Origin: Centroscyllium fabricii
Taxonomy: Eukaryota
Reading direction: 5' to 3'
Length of the DNA: 64,000 nucleotides
NCBI GenBank assembly: GCA_051313645.2
Contig: JBNRSN020000011.1
Span: 125,860,001-125,924,000, forward strand
Both the position numbers and the translations under genes were made by a program. The notes beneath the pieces are model-generated. The model saw only the letters and a list, made by a program, of their open reading frames with translations. It did no database searches and was not told the DNA's origin. Shown here piece after piece: positions 12,201 through 24,800 of the stretch (position 1 is the first letter of the stretch; every line of letters begins with the position of its first letter).

Positions 12201-15200
12201 TGGTTTAAATGAGTTTATTTATTAAGCTAAATGCGATGCTTTATGATTGGCAAAGTGTTCCAAGGCAAACGCTCCGAGTCAGAATTTCCATTTGTTAAAA
12301 AACAGTTTGCATTGTGTGGTTCGGAGCTTGAACAAATGTTTCAAAGAGAAGAGAATCTCGAGGCTGCCAGCACATAGCCAATTTCCTGCTACGTTTTGAT
12401 TTGATTTTTGAATTTTTATAGTTTAGCGAAATATTTGTCTTTACTATTTCAGTACAGCTTAGAAAGTCACAAAAGGGCGAATAAAATAGTCAACAAATGA
12501 CTAAAGTGGGGAAATAACCCTGACTTCAGAAGAGAAGGTTTTGAATAAATAAAGCAACAACTAAAAGGAACAATTAAAAACAAATTGTGGACAAATTAGA
12601 AAAATCTGAAGTTATTTGTTTTGACCTGATGACTCAGCTTACGATTTTATTTGACCTTTCACACAATCATACACATTTAACTTGCTACTTTCTCTGCAAC
12701 ATAGGAGAAAAACTTTGTGTACCCTTGGACATAATGAATGGCTCTTAAACACAGATTCAGCACCATGTGAACAAGTCCAACATTTGTTTAACTAAAAGTT
12801 GGGGGGCAGGCATTTCAGGAATTGTTTCGTTTCTGAGTGATCAGTGATCATTGTTGGAGAATACGGTGGTGTAGAGGGGGGTTGCCGGGGAGGTGACAGA
12901 TATCTTCTCAAAACCATAGCTTGTGTAAAGCTATGCGTGCAAAGTCTTGGCTTTAGGATAAAAACAAACGGCTCCTCAGATGCTAACAATCAATGGCACT
13001 GTTGCTTGTACTACATTTTGTTAGTCCCTGTGCAGTGTTGTTTCATGTTTTTACCTTCTTTCTTTTTCATTTCAAAGTGTTCTGTTCACAGTTAGTGGCC
13101 CAATTTAAATTTTTCTTGCAGAATTCATGGCAAAGTGGGGCGGCTAGCTTGTCTAGTCCGTGTTTTATTTGTAAATGCCTCATTTCTCTGTAGGGGTACT
13201 ATCTCTGTCTGGCAAAACATCTTTATTCTCATCAATTACTGCTCATTTGCCCTCTGTCCACATTTGTGCAACGTGTCTGGTCTACAGAGGCTGAAGGGGA
13301 GCTTGATGTTCAGTCAGTAAACCCACCAGGGAGACTCGGTCGGTATCCTCAGCTCTCTCCGACAGCATGATAGCGCACACAATGAAGCAGACTACTGTCA
13401 GAAAGCAAGCTAGCATTACACCACACAGTTGTAATCACTTTTGCCACTCAAATCCAAATAATGTTCATTGTCAGAATGTTTTTTTTTTAACGAACATTTC
13501 CATTGTTAAAAACTCCTGAATAGTTGGAGCATGTATTTTGTGTTTTTTCAAATGACAGCCACAATTATTGTTGTCTTCAGCACTTCTTTGACAGTAATAT
13601 GATAATTCTTTCATGTTTTGCTAAATGAAAAAGAACCGTAAGTTATATTTATTATTTGTGAATGAAGAAAGCTTAATATATTTGCTGCAAATAATGGATA
13701 AACCATTTAATGTTGAAAACTCTCAATTGCACAATATATTTTTACACCATGAAGGAGAAAATATTAAAACGGAAAATTTAAATGGGCTGAAAATCTCTTC
13801 AGGTGAAGGATATCTCAGCATGGTTTGCAACTGTTGCTCCACAAGGGGAAGACATGGTGCTAAACTGGCATCATTCAAACAATGAAACTGGGAAAATATC
13901 TTTTGCCATTCTTTTCCAAATAAAACTATTTGTTGTCCTTGCCGCCATTATAGATTATCACACAAATGTTCAATCACTGGTTGGCACAAAATGCATTTTT
14001 CTGTATTAAGCAAAGGTAAGTTATTACAGCTTTAAAAAAAAGAACACGCATTTCTAAGCTAATAATTGATAAACCCTTCAAATGTTGTGAATCTTTTCCA
14101 AGCAAAATAACCTTTCAGTTGTCGTAGAGTAAATATTACATAGATAAATAAAAACAGAGGACGAGAAACATACCAAACCTGCCCAGTTCATGGCTCGGTG
14201 GAAGAAAAGTCATGCTTACAGTGTTAATGAGAGTTCATCAATAAACTGACAAATGTTTATCTTGGCCTTTAAGAGGAACAAACTGAAAAATGAGTACTAT
14301 AAGCTTTTAAGGGTTAATAAATATAACGCATATGTTTTCAAAAGCCACAGATCTTTGCAACAGGTTTGCCTGTTGCTTGCCAGTTCGTTTTTTTTTAATT
14401 CAGCGAGTATCTTGTCCTTTTTTGTGAAAAATGGGTAGCAGCTGCTCTGGTGGGCTGTGTATCGTGAGTATAATTCAGTGTCTCGATTGTGTCTCTCTGC
14501 TTGTGTGCGAGAGGGAGAGAAAGAGCCATCCCTTTGTTTCCTTTGTGAGAGCCAGGTGACAGAGCCAGTGTTGAGAGGGCAGAAAAATAGCAACCGGCAG
14601 TTCTCTGGCAGCCGAGATCAAAGAAGAAGGCAGGAGGTCTTTTCAAATTGGGGGCCCTGGTGTTGAAGCTATAATCACAGCTTACAGCCAGCCAGTTTCT
14701 GAAAGATACTAGCCTGGAAAAAGAGAAAAAAAAACTTTCCAGGAGCTAAGATAGTTAATTAAAACCAGCAAACAGGTGCCCTAACAGCAGCAGTGAATCA
14801 AATCATAAAGTTTTACAATGGAACGGTTTCTTTAAAGGTACTGGCGGAAAAAAAGAGCCGAAGAATTGGCTTCACCTAGCATGTGGCACATGCCATTTAC
14901 AAGCTCGGAGGCTTTTGGGGAAGAATATAAACACTTACAGTTTGTTCGCAGAGTCTTGCAGATTTAATATATTAAAATGCCCCTTTCGCTTCTGCTGCGA
15001 GTCGAGCAGCTGTTTTAGTTTATTCAAAAAAAAAAGGCCGTGGTTAATGCAAAATCAGCAGTGGCGCAAGGCTTATAAGAAAAAGATCAATCATGGAGTG
15101 GGGTGATAAATTAGACACATCAGCGAAAGAGAACACCTTAAATCGAGCTGGCTTAGTGACGGGGGAATGCGTGTTGAAGGATGGTGGCTGCTTGTGTTTT

Positions 15201-16920
15201 TCAATAAATAGAAACATCACATTGAATGGAGCAAAGCAGCCATTTGAGTTTAGAATGTGGTAAATCTCTTCGTACCCAAGTTTTAATAGTATTTTATACA
15301 ATTTCATCACCGCAATGTACTAAGAATTAATAAATGAAAATGCCAAAAGTAAAAGTCCTTCCATTTAAAAAAAAGGTTCAATCTTTTGATTGAGGCAAGT
15401 ATTTTTTAGGTTCCTGAAATAATTTTAGAAATTATATGTTGGGTTTCGTTCCCTTGTACCTTAAATTTGATTTGGAGCATATGAATTAATAAGGGAGTTT
15501 AAAAAAAAATTGATAGTATTCTTGTTGATGATAATTATGTAAAGTGCAAATTTAAAAGTAATTAGACCAAGGACAACAGGTCACCGAGTTGTTAATCACA
15601 CAAGAAACCCAGTGAATTCACCCCAGCTAAAATGCACTCATCCATTTCCCTCAGGAAGACAGCTCATCATTTACATTTCTGATAGACAAGATTTTCAGTC
15701 CTCTTCAGCCCAACTGTGGAACAAGCACAAGAAAAGTTGGCATCCATATTAACCAGGCTGTCTGTTCACCCCCAAACAGATTGCTATTTGGAGTATTGAT
15801 TGAGATAGTGAGGGCGTCAGAGGGAGATATGCGGGTGGGGGGGGTTGTGGGGGGGCAGAAATAAAAACTAGATATTTTATAAAGCAAAAATAATCCTCTT
15901 CCATTTTTATGCCTCATTGCAGTCAATAAAATAAAAGGTCCCTCCATTATAGTATAGGCTGAGTCACTTAACATCTTTTCTGAGAAATTAAGGAAACGGT
16001 GAATAGCTCACTTATTTATTAATGAATTTTTGTGCTCAAATAGCTAAGCAAATCATTCCTTGGTTTTGTCCTACAGCCTTTATAGTTCTAATTATTGAAC
16101 TGCCCTTATGACCAGGAATTAATTTCTGTGTGGCCTAAAGTATTTTTAAAATTTATTTCCATAACAATTTTAAATAGAGGGGAAAAAAGCAGTCAAGGGA
16201 GGGTGATAAGAGGTTAGCAGCCTCTGATATTAATCCCAATAGTTGTGCTCTTGTCAAATTAATGGATCACATTTTCTTGGTTACCTCCCTGTGATAAATT
16301 AATTGTACTGATGACTGGCTTTATTATGAGGTCTCTGCTGTTGCTTGTAATCTGTGCGACAGTTTTAGGTGTTTTTTTTTCTGTTTCTTTTTCTTTGTTT
16401 CATTTAAAGTGTCCTGTAATTACAGGGGTGTTAGCATATGCGGGGAGGGTGATATGATTTATCCTGCACAGACAGCCATGACACAGCTGTTTGGAAGATA
16501 AAATAGTACAACCGTGTAGCTACAAAATGCTCTCCTTATTATACCTCATTAAAAGCAGGCTGCGATAAGTCAGCCAGGCAATGAATAAAATCTATTGCCT
16601 ATGTAGAAAACAGATATCCAAGTACCTTCAGAGCTTTTTTTTTGTGTGTGTGTATGTGTGTGTGTGTTTATGCCATGGTAATAGCTTGGAGGAGAAAAAT
16701 TATGTCTTGTTTTCATCTTTTCCTCTCTGCCTGTGAGTGAAAGCAGATAGTGTGTAGTGGTTCTCAGTAATTAGTAAGTCTTTCAGGAGTGACAGAAAAG
16801 AATATTTGATTTCAAGGATTGTTCTAAGTACTGTCATGATGTGTCAATTTGACCTTTAGTTATCTGACTACCTTCTTGTTCCCCTCTCTCCATTATTATT
16901 AATAGACCAAATTTAAATCT

Positions 16921-17320
16921 GGCACATCTGGCATAGTGGTTAGCACTGTTGCCTTACAGCACCAGAGACCCAGGTTCAAATCCAGCCTCGGGTACTATCT
17001 GTGTGGAGTTTGTACATTCTCCCCGTGTCTGCGTGGGTTTCCTCCGGGTGCTCCGGTTTCCTCCCACAGTCCAAAGATGTGCGGGTTAGGTTGATTGGCC
17101 AGGATAAATTGACCCTTAGTGTTAGGGGGATTGAATATGTGGGGTTATGGGGATAGGGTGGGATATGTGTCGGTGCAGGCTCGATAGGGATATGGGGAGA
17201 GGGCAGGGGCGGGGTGCTGGGTTTGGATGATCAGCCATGATCTCATTGAATGGCGGAGCAGGCTCGAAGGGCTGAATGGCCTACTCCTGCTCCAATCCTC
17301 TATGCTTCTATGTTTCTATA
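16921..17320 (+). mobile_element. HE1-type V-SINE (tRNA head, V-domain, CR1-like tail)
   Basis: TGGCATAGTGGTTAGCAC head; TGTGGAGTTTGTACATTCTCCCCGTGTCTGCGTGGGTTTCCTCCGGGTGC core; (TTCTATG) tail. Confidence 0.85.
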
Positions 17321-18101
17321 CATCAGAAAAGTTCTTTAGCTCTGATTGAATTTTGTGTCATGGTTTCACCATGATTATTTTTCTGTTTGAATATTACAAT
17401 AATCAATATACCTGTAATAGCAAAATACTGCGGATGCTGGAAATCCGAAATAACAACAGAAAATGCTGGAAAAACTCAGCAGGCCAGGCAGCATCCGCGG
17501 AGCAGGAAACTGAGTTAACGTTTTGGGTTCTGGACCCTTCATAGCTTGGAAGGCAGAGGTACCTACTTGGCACATTTCAAAACTATGTGAAACTTGTGTG
17601 AATTTGTTATATAGGATCAGTGGGGCTTTAAGAATCTGAAAATCCTTCATGTGTTATTTTAACATTTTATGTGTTTGACTCTGGCTCTTCAATGCAGTGT
17701 TATTTGTATCTGTTAACTGTAAATGGTGGCTTTGGAATTAGTACCTAACTAGGTTATTATGACATTGTGGGATGATTTTGCCATGCATGGGATACCAGCA
17801 GTCTTGTTAATACACGTTCGAGCAGTTCATTTCCTGCCATGGTGTGGCATGTTGGCATTTATTTGTGTAAGTATGTACAGAATGAATATGGATACAAAGC
17901 GTGACCATCTTTGTGCTGAGCATAAGACATGGGTATTTTTTACATGATTTTAATACAAGGAAAGAAGAACCTCTTCTTGCCACACTTGGAGAATTAGCAT
18001 TTTTTCTAAAAGATACTCAATGAATAAGGACATTCAGTGTGAGTAAAAACTGCACAAAATAAATAGAAACGCATAAAGCAAATGAGGAAATTCATGTGCA
18101 T

Positions 18102-18492
18102 ATAGAAACATAGAAACTAGGAGCAGGAGTAGGCCATTCGGCCCTTCGAGCCTGCTCCGCCATTCAATGAGATCATGGCTGATCATCCAAACCCAGAACC
18201 ACGCCCCTGCCCTCTCCCCATATCCCTCGATCCCTATCGACACATATCCCACCCTATCCCCGTAACCCCACATATTCAATCGCCCTTACACCAAGGGTCA
18301 ATTTATCATGGCCAATCAACCTAACCCGCACATCTTTGGACTGTGGGAGGAAACCGGAGCACCCGGAGGAAACCCACGCAGACACGGGGAGAATGTGCAA
18401 ACTCCACACAGATAGTACCCGAGGCTGGATTTGAACCCGGGTCTCCAGTGCTGTGAGACAACAGTGCTAACCACTGTGCCACCGTGCCGCCC
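18102..18492 (-). mobile_element. HE1-type V-SINE
   Basis: Reverse complement of the copies at 16921 and 19389. Confidence 0.85.
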
Positions 18493-19388
18493 GCTACTCA
18501 GCATGAGTAAGGATGTGGAGAGCCAATGAGGATATTTGGAGCGGATAAGAATGAGAAATGAGTAAAGATGCTCAGCATAAGTAAAGATGCATAGATTGGA
18601 TAAGGACATGGAGTGAATAAGGAAGTACAGAGTAAGGATGCGCACAGTGAATAAGGATATATGGGGTAATGGTATGGATAGCGACTAAGGCTGTGTGAAG
18701 TAAGGACGAGCACATAAAAATACATGGAAGTTACAACACGAAAACAGGCCATTCGGCCCAATCCGTCTGTGTCGGCGTTTACCCTCCCACAAGCAAATAG
18801 TCCGAATCACATTTACCCACCCGGTTCCCATATCCCTTTATCCCCTTTTCATTCATCCATCTATCTAACCTAATCTTGAATGTTGACATAGTTTCTGCCT
18901 TAACCACTAACCCTGGAAGTGAATTCCACAGCCTCACAACTCTCTGTGTAAAGACATTTTTCCTGCTCTTTGTTCTTAATCTTGTGTCTGTGGCCTTTCG
19001 TGGTTGACCCCTCAGCGACTGGAAGCAGTGTAGTTCTATCCACCCTGCCGCATACTTTCATAATTTTAAGCACCCCGTAATCTGAATTGCTCCATTGAAG
19101 AAAGAGCAAATTTTTCAAATCTTTCTTCGCATTTGTATTTCCTCATACCAGGCAACATCCTAGTGAATCTGCATCCGACCCGCAGGCTAAAGCCTCAATA
19201 TCCTTTCTATAGTGTGGAGCCCAGTACTGTACGCAGCCATCTAATTGAGGTCCTAGTAAGGTTTTAAATAGGCTATCATTGCCTCTTGTTTTTTTTATTC
19301 TATACCTTTTGTGATAAAAGCCTAGAATTACATTAGCTTTTTAAAATTCTCTTATCGTCCTGAGATGCTGCCTTTACTGTCCTGTGAA

Positions 19389-19791
19389 GGGCGGCACGGT
19401 GGCATAGTGGTTAGCACTGTTGCCATACAGCACTGGAGACCCGGGTTTAAATCCAGCCTCGGGTACTATCTGTGTGGAGTTTGCACATTCTCCCCGTGTC
19501 TGCGTGGGTTTCCTCCGGGTGCTCCGGTTTCCTCCCACAGTCCAAAGATGTGCGGGTTAGGTTGATTGGCCATGATAAATTGACCCTTAGTGTTAGGGGG
19601 TTTGAATATGTGGGGTTACGGGGATAGGGTGGGATATGTGTTGGTGCAGGTACGATAGGGATCGAGGGATATGGGGAGAGGGCAGGGGCGGGGTACTGGG
19701 TTTGGATGATCAGCCATGATCTCATTGAATGGCGGAGCAGGCTCAAAGGGCTGAATGGCCTACTCCTGCTCCTATCTTCTATGTTTCTATG
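19389..19791 (+). mobile_element. HE1-type V-SINE, full length
   Basis: Starts GGGCGGCACGGTGGCATAGTGG and ends TTCTATGTTTCTATG; inserted in the CR1 remnant. Confidence 0.88.
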
Positions 19792-19892
19792 AACCTGTCC
19801 TCCTAAGTCCCTCTGCTCTTTCACAGCACTGAGCATACTTCTATTCACAGTATAATTACTACTGTTATTTTTTTTAATGAAACTGCATCACC

Positions 19893-20043
19893 TGCAGGCT
19901 CGATAGGGATCAAGGGATATGGGGAGAGGGCAGGGGCGGGATACTGGGTTTGGATGATCAGCCATGATCTCATTCAATGGCGGAGCAGGCTCGAAGGGCC
20001 GAATGGCCTACTCCTGCTCCTAGTTTCTATGTTTCTATGTTTT
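19893..20043 (+). mobile_element. 5'-truncated HE1-type SINE tail
   Basis: Matches the 3' ~150 nt of the neighbouring SINE; ACCT duplicated at the flanks. Confidence 0.75.
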
Positions 20044-21124
20044 ACCTCACACTTACTGACATTAAATTCCACCTGGCACATTTTAGCACATTCCTGTCTT
20101 ATTATCCCTTTGCAACTGCATTTAGTCTTATAAAGAATTAGCCATTATCTCCTTTTTTGGTTTCCTCTGCAAATTTTGATACCACTCCTTCGAGGCCTTT
20201 CTCCAAATCATTGATATACACAGTCAGCAAATGTGGCCCCAGAACTGAAGCTCGTGGGACACTGCTGTCTTCCAACCATTCTGAGAAACAGTGGCTAAGG
20301 AAGTATGAAATAAGGATGTGCACAGTGAATAAAGATGTATAGAGTAAGGATGAACACTATGACTAAGGCTCTGTGGTGTAGAGAATAAGGCAGGACATAA
20401 TGTTTAAGGGTTTATGGAATAAGGGTACACACAGTAATTTACAACATTTGGCATATTAGAATGCACGGTGAATATGAATATATGAATAGGGGTATGCTCA
20501 GTGAATAAAAATGTATGGAGTATAGGTGTGCATAGTGACTAAGGACATACAGGGGCTGATTTTGTTCTCTATAACATGCAACATCTGGGGGATGTTAAGT
20601 TCCCACGTGCTATGGAGAAGACAAGATAGAGACTAGATGCATCAGATCTTTACTCCCATTATATTGCCATGGATTATCCAGCATTTCTAGGACAATGGGG
20701 CAGGCGGGGGCATCCTCCGCTCTCCCATCTTGATTTCCTGAAGCCATGTCAATGGAGCACCTAGACACGGGCAGTGGGGGTTGCACCCTGATCCTCCTCA
20801 GATCACAGCAGCTAAAGCTGGTGGCCAGGACAGCAACCTACAAGCCTCTCACGCCTGCAGCTGCACTTCTGCTTCTGCCCCCATTTCCCAGCACAAGGTC
20901 TTGCCAGGAGAAACCAAAATGGGGTATAGAGAAGCCTTGACAAGCACAGTACTCTTTATGTGCGCTGCACCTGTCTAGTGCCTGGCTGTGAGGAAAGGAA
21001 GATGCAAAATTGACCCTATCGAGTTGCAGTGTGCACAATGACTCAGGCTGTGGGGAGTAAAGGTACCACGCAGTGATGAAGGATGTGCCTATGTAATAGT
21101 GTGGATAATAAATGAGGATCTCAC

Positions 21125-21685
21125 TTCCCGTACTGCTGAAACCCTTGCATGCTTTTGTTACCTCCAGACTCCAACTTTTCTATTGCTATCTTTGCTTGAT
21201 TCCCAAACATCAGCCTCTGACAAGTGCAGCTTGTCCAAAATTCTATAGGCTGTTTCCTGTCCCACATTAAATTACACTCTCTCATCACTAATGGCCTCGC
21301 TGACTTCCATTAGTTGCCTCTATCCCTATGCGTTAAATTCAAAATCTTTGTTGTCGTTTACAAATCCTTCAAATGGCGTTACCCCCACTCTACCGCTGCA
21401 CCTCCTCCAGTGTTATGATTCAGCCCTTCAATGCTCCAACTCTGGCGTCCTGTGCACCCTCTCCTCTCTTTGTTCTGCAGGGTCTCTAACAATCTAGGCC
21501 TATTCGCTGGAAATCCTCTGCTGTCCTGTCTCTCTCCCCACCATTAAAAATCCGTTAAAAACCTATCTATTTGATCGCACTTTTGGTCACCTCTCGTAAT
21601 TGGCCCACTACAACTTAGTGACATTTGTCCTACATGGAACACCTTGGCATGTTTCCTGTATTAGTGCTATTGAAATGCAAGTTGG
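21125..21685 (+). mobile_element. Degenerate L2 LINE 3' end
   Basis: GCTGAAACCCTT..CATGCTTTTGTTACCTCCAGACT (AETL.HAFVTSRL) and an L2-type tail ending GAAATGCAAGTTG. Confidence 0.6.
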
Positions 21686-21734
21686 TGATGTATAGATTAA
21701 GAGTGTGCACAGTGGCTGAGGTTTTTAATCTTTT

Positions 21735-21878
21735 TTTTTGCCTCTCCTAGGAGATCACATGGTTTTGGGTGGGGTGGAGTGTATATGCTGTGATACACAA
21801 GGTACTGCAATTGTGTGGGACAGGCTCGATGGACCAGAGGGTCTTTACCTGTCCGTCATTGCTCGTATGTTCGTATGA
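21735..21878 (+). mobile_element. Short CR1-type 3' UTR fragment
   Basis: GGACAGGCTCGATGGACCAGAGGGTCTTTACCTGTCC hairpin plus CTCGTATGTTCGTATG octamer tail. Confidence 0.6.
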
Positions 21879-24800
21879 TGTATGGAGTGAGGTTGTGTGC
21901 AATGAATGAGGATGACGGAGTAAAGAAGTACTGAATGAATAACGATATATGGAGTGAGGTTGCGCACAGGGACTGACGATGTATGGTGTATGGGTGTGCA
22001 CAGTGAATGAGTAATTTTAAATTAATAGTGCACAGCGTAAATAAAGATTCACAAAGTTTTCATTATGTATACCTTGTCTGATTTCAAACGACCAGCTCCC
22101 TTTTTTTAAACAAAAGTTATGAAGACCCAACAATGAAACTTAAATTTCATAACAATATTGTGAATTTTTTTTGATATGACAATTATATAGTTTTAATATA
22201 ACATAAACATCTGTTAAACTCTGTTCCTATCTAGGTAGTAGTTCCAATTTTCATTTTTTTAAAAACTTGTTTCCATTTAATAAAAATTACAGATACCCCT
22301 GTACTTGCAAATGAATGTGTTCTGCTATGTCTTTTCCAGATTATTTATTCACCATCACAGTCTGACTTTTTTTAAATTGAAAAATGACCTTGTTCTACAT
22401 TACCGCCGAGGAGTGAGAACAGATATTAGAAAAACTAAGTGACACGAGCAGTGGCGAAGGGCCTTGCAGGGTTAAACTGATCAACCTTGGGTTTGGTGAA
22501 TCACAGGAGTAACGAGAACAAATCAAGTATTGACTGTTTGCGCAAATTCACCTTTGTTCAGTAGATTAGCGTACTGGAGTCCAGTAAGTAATGAATGTTC
22601 CAGTTTCCAAATAAATACAGCTTTGCTGGGTGGATGGTTGACTGTGTGCACTCTGCGATTGATAATTTGATGAAATTAAAACTTAATCAAGCATAGTTGC
22701 GTTCTACCTTTGAATAATTTAATAGTCAACCGCTCCCTAAGAACTGTAGCCCAGCAATGCAGACAAGACTGATGTTGATTCAGCTGATCATTTTGAACCT
22801 TTACTCCATCAAGTACTACTGCCTTAGTTTATGCTTTAAAAAAAATGCTTTAAAAATGTTTTCTACAAGGTTTTGTCATTCAGAAAAAGGTTTAGAGATC
22901 AGATTTAAATAGACAAAACACATTTTTTCCTAGGAACTGCATCAAGTTGCATTGAATACACCCTCTGTAGTTGGAATTAATCTGCAGTGGCGTTCGAACC
23001 TTTGTCCCTAGCTGTAAGTCTGTGGTTTTATTAACTCTGTTTGGAGAGTGTCAAAAGAGTTTTAAAGACATTCCACTGAATTTAAATTAGCTTTAACACC
23101 ACAAGTCATACAGTAGCAACATTACAATGCACTGTGGCACTAAATATGATGGGGACGTTTAGCAACACTCCTCTAAATAAAAAAAAACTTCAACAAAAAG
23201 TGAAAGAAAATTAAGGGTAAAGTTTAAAAACTGTCCATATTCTCCTTTTTCAATTGGTATTGGTAAACATGTTTAGTGTCTGTATTGATGTTCTGAACAT
23301 TCTGTTCTGCTTCTGTCTATGACTGAATAAACTGCAGAAGTTCAGCACTTTGAATACTAAGTACTGCATTTTCATGGGCACTTACATTTTCAATGCATTC
23401 TATTAAATGCAAGAACATGTAAATAAGCTTTTTAAGAAGTCACACTTTTGCATCTCCAGGCATGATTTTAGAATGCCGCATAGTTACATAAACAGCATTA
23501 TCTTAAAATAAGCCATTGACACTTAGAGTTTCCACTGGATGCTTTAAGTCGATTTATAATCCCTTACATTTTAACACGGGGATAAAATAAATCCTATGTT
23601 TGCTACTCCATTAGCCCTTTAGATTAGATTCAAGGTTTTATCAATCAGTATTCGCAACCACTGATTTAATTTTGATGTTTGAATTAATTTGTTTCCTGAC
23701 TTCTTTCAGTTTTCATAAGATCAACCCATTGCAATCAGACACAAAATGCCGGATGTGAATTGTAAAAGAAAATTCTGGTGTGATTTGACTAAACTTTGTG
23801 CAACTATTGTTTCAAGTTGCCATCAATGGTGATATTTTTGACTGTTCTATCTAAAAAGAGTTCCAGTAAAGGTACCTCAGGGGAATGTGTCCATCAAGAA
23901 CTAAATTACTAAAATGTTGATATATTCTAATTAACTGAACACAGGCTGAAGATATTACATATCCTAATCAGCTCTATTTTCTCCATAAACATAATAAGGA
24001 ACACACGTGGCAATATTTTGGTGTACTGTTTATTTGGAAGAATGGTATGAACTGAGGCATCCCAAGATTCTGCACAAAATCGAAGAAGTAATTCCTTTCC
24101 ATTTCACACACAAGATTGTAATGAAGACCATGCAAGATAAGAGATACTAGCCCTACTTTATATTAAAATCAGATTTATAAAGTTAATGACATTTTCAAAA
24201 TGGATGCCAACTTGCCTGTCTCACAGGAAATGACACCACTGAAGGCGGCTCACCACCATCTTCTCAAGGGCAATTAGGGATGGGCACTAAATGCAGGCCT
24301 AGCCAGCCAGCGACACCCACATCCCATCAATGGATAAAAAAAAATCATGATCAGCTCTATATGTCATGACTAAAACATCCTGTGCTTTCCAATTGGAATA
24401 GTTTTCTGATCAAACTGAAAGTAAATTGAGCGCTCAAAATTTAGAGAAATAATTCAGAATGAGCTCCTACAATAACCCTGTCCTGAAGAACTCCTTTGAA
24501 AATAAAATCCCATGTGTAATATTTAAAATGCTTGGCAAACTTACAATATGTGGTTTGGCCACCCATTCAGGGCCACCATCTTTGCCATGTTTCTGCGTTA
24601 GGTATTCATAGTTGCGGTGTCTTCATCTGACCTCAGGTTGGAGCACTTTCTGCTGCTCAGTATGGGAGTGCAGGTGGGGTTAAGGAGATTGCTGGTACCT
24701 AAAGCGAGGTAGAGACGCAACATGATTCAAGACCTAGATTCAAAATATGGTGAATATGGTGACCGGAGAAGCCAGCCACCTTAAAAAGTCTTGCAGCAAT

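Larger units (their letters stand above)
18723..20290 (-). mobile_element. Degenerate CR1 3' portion, hosting two SINE insertions
   Basis: Minus-strand RT remnants (VPRASVLGPHLLTVYINDLEKG..VSKFAE; SAVKEQRDLG) and a CR1-type 3' end near 18723. Confidence 0.7.
18494..22040. repeat. Degenerate minisatellite (AGTAAGGATGTGCACAGTGAATAAGGATGTATGG-like) broken into segments by TEs
   Basis: Recurrent units at ~18494-18720, 20290-20550, 21030-21120, 21690-21720 and 21880-22040. Confidence 0.6.

Noticed and set aside
16921-16990. tRNA-like sequences (also 18420-18492, 19389-19460, 28440-28530, 44420-44475)
   Set aside because: They are SINE heads continuing into SINE bodies, not tRNA genes.
18494-22040. 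CRISPR-like repeat-spacer array
   Set aside because: Units are degenerate and adjacent, with no unique spacers and no cas genes; eukaryotic context.
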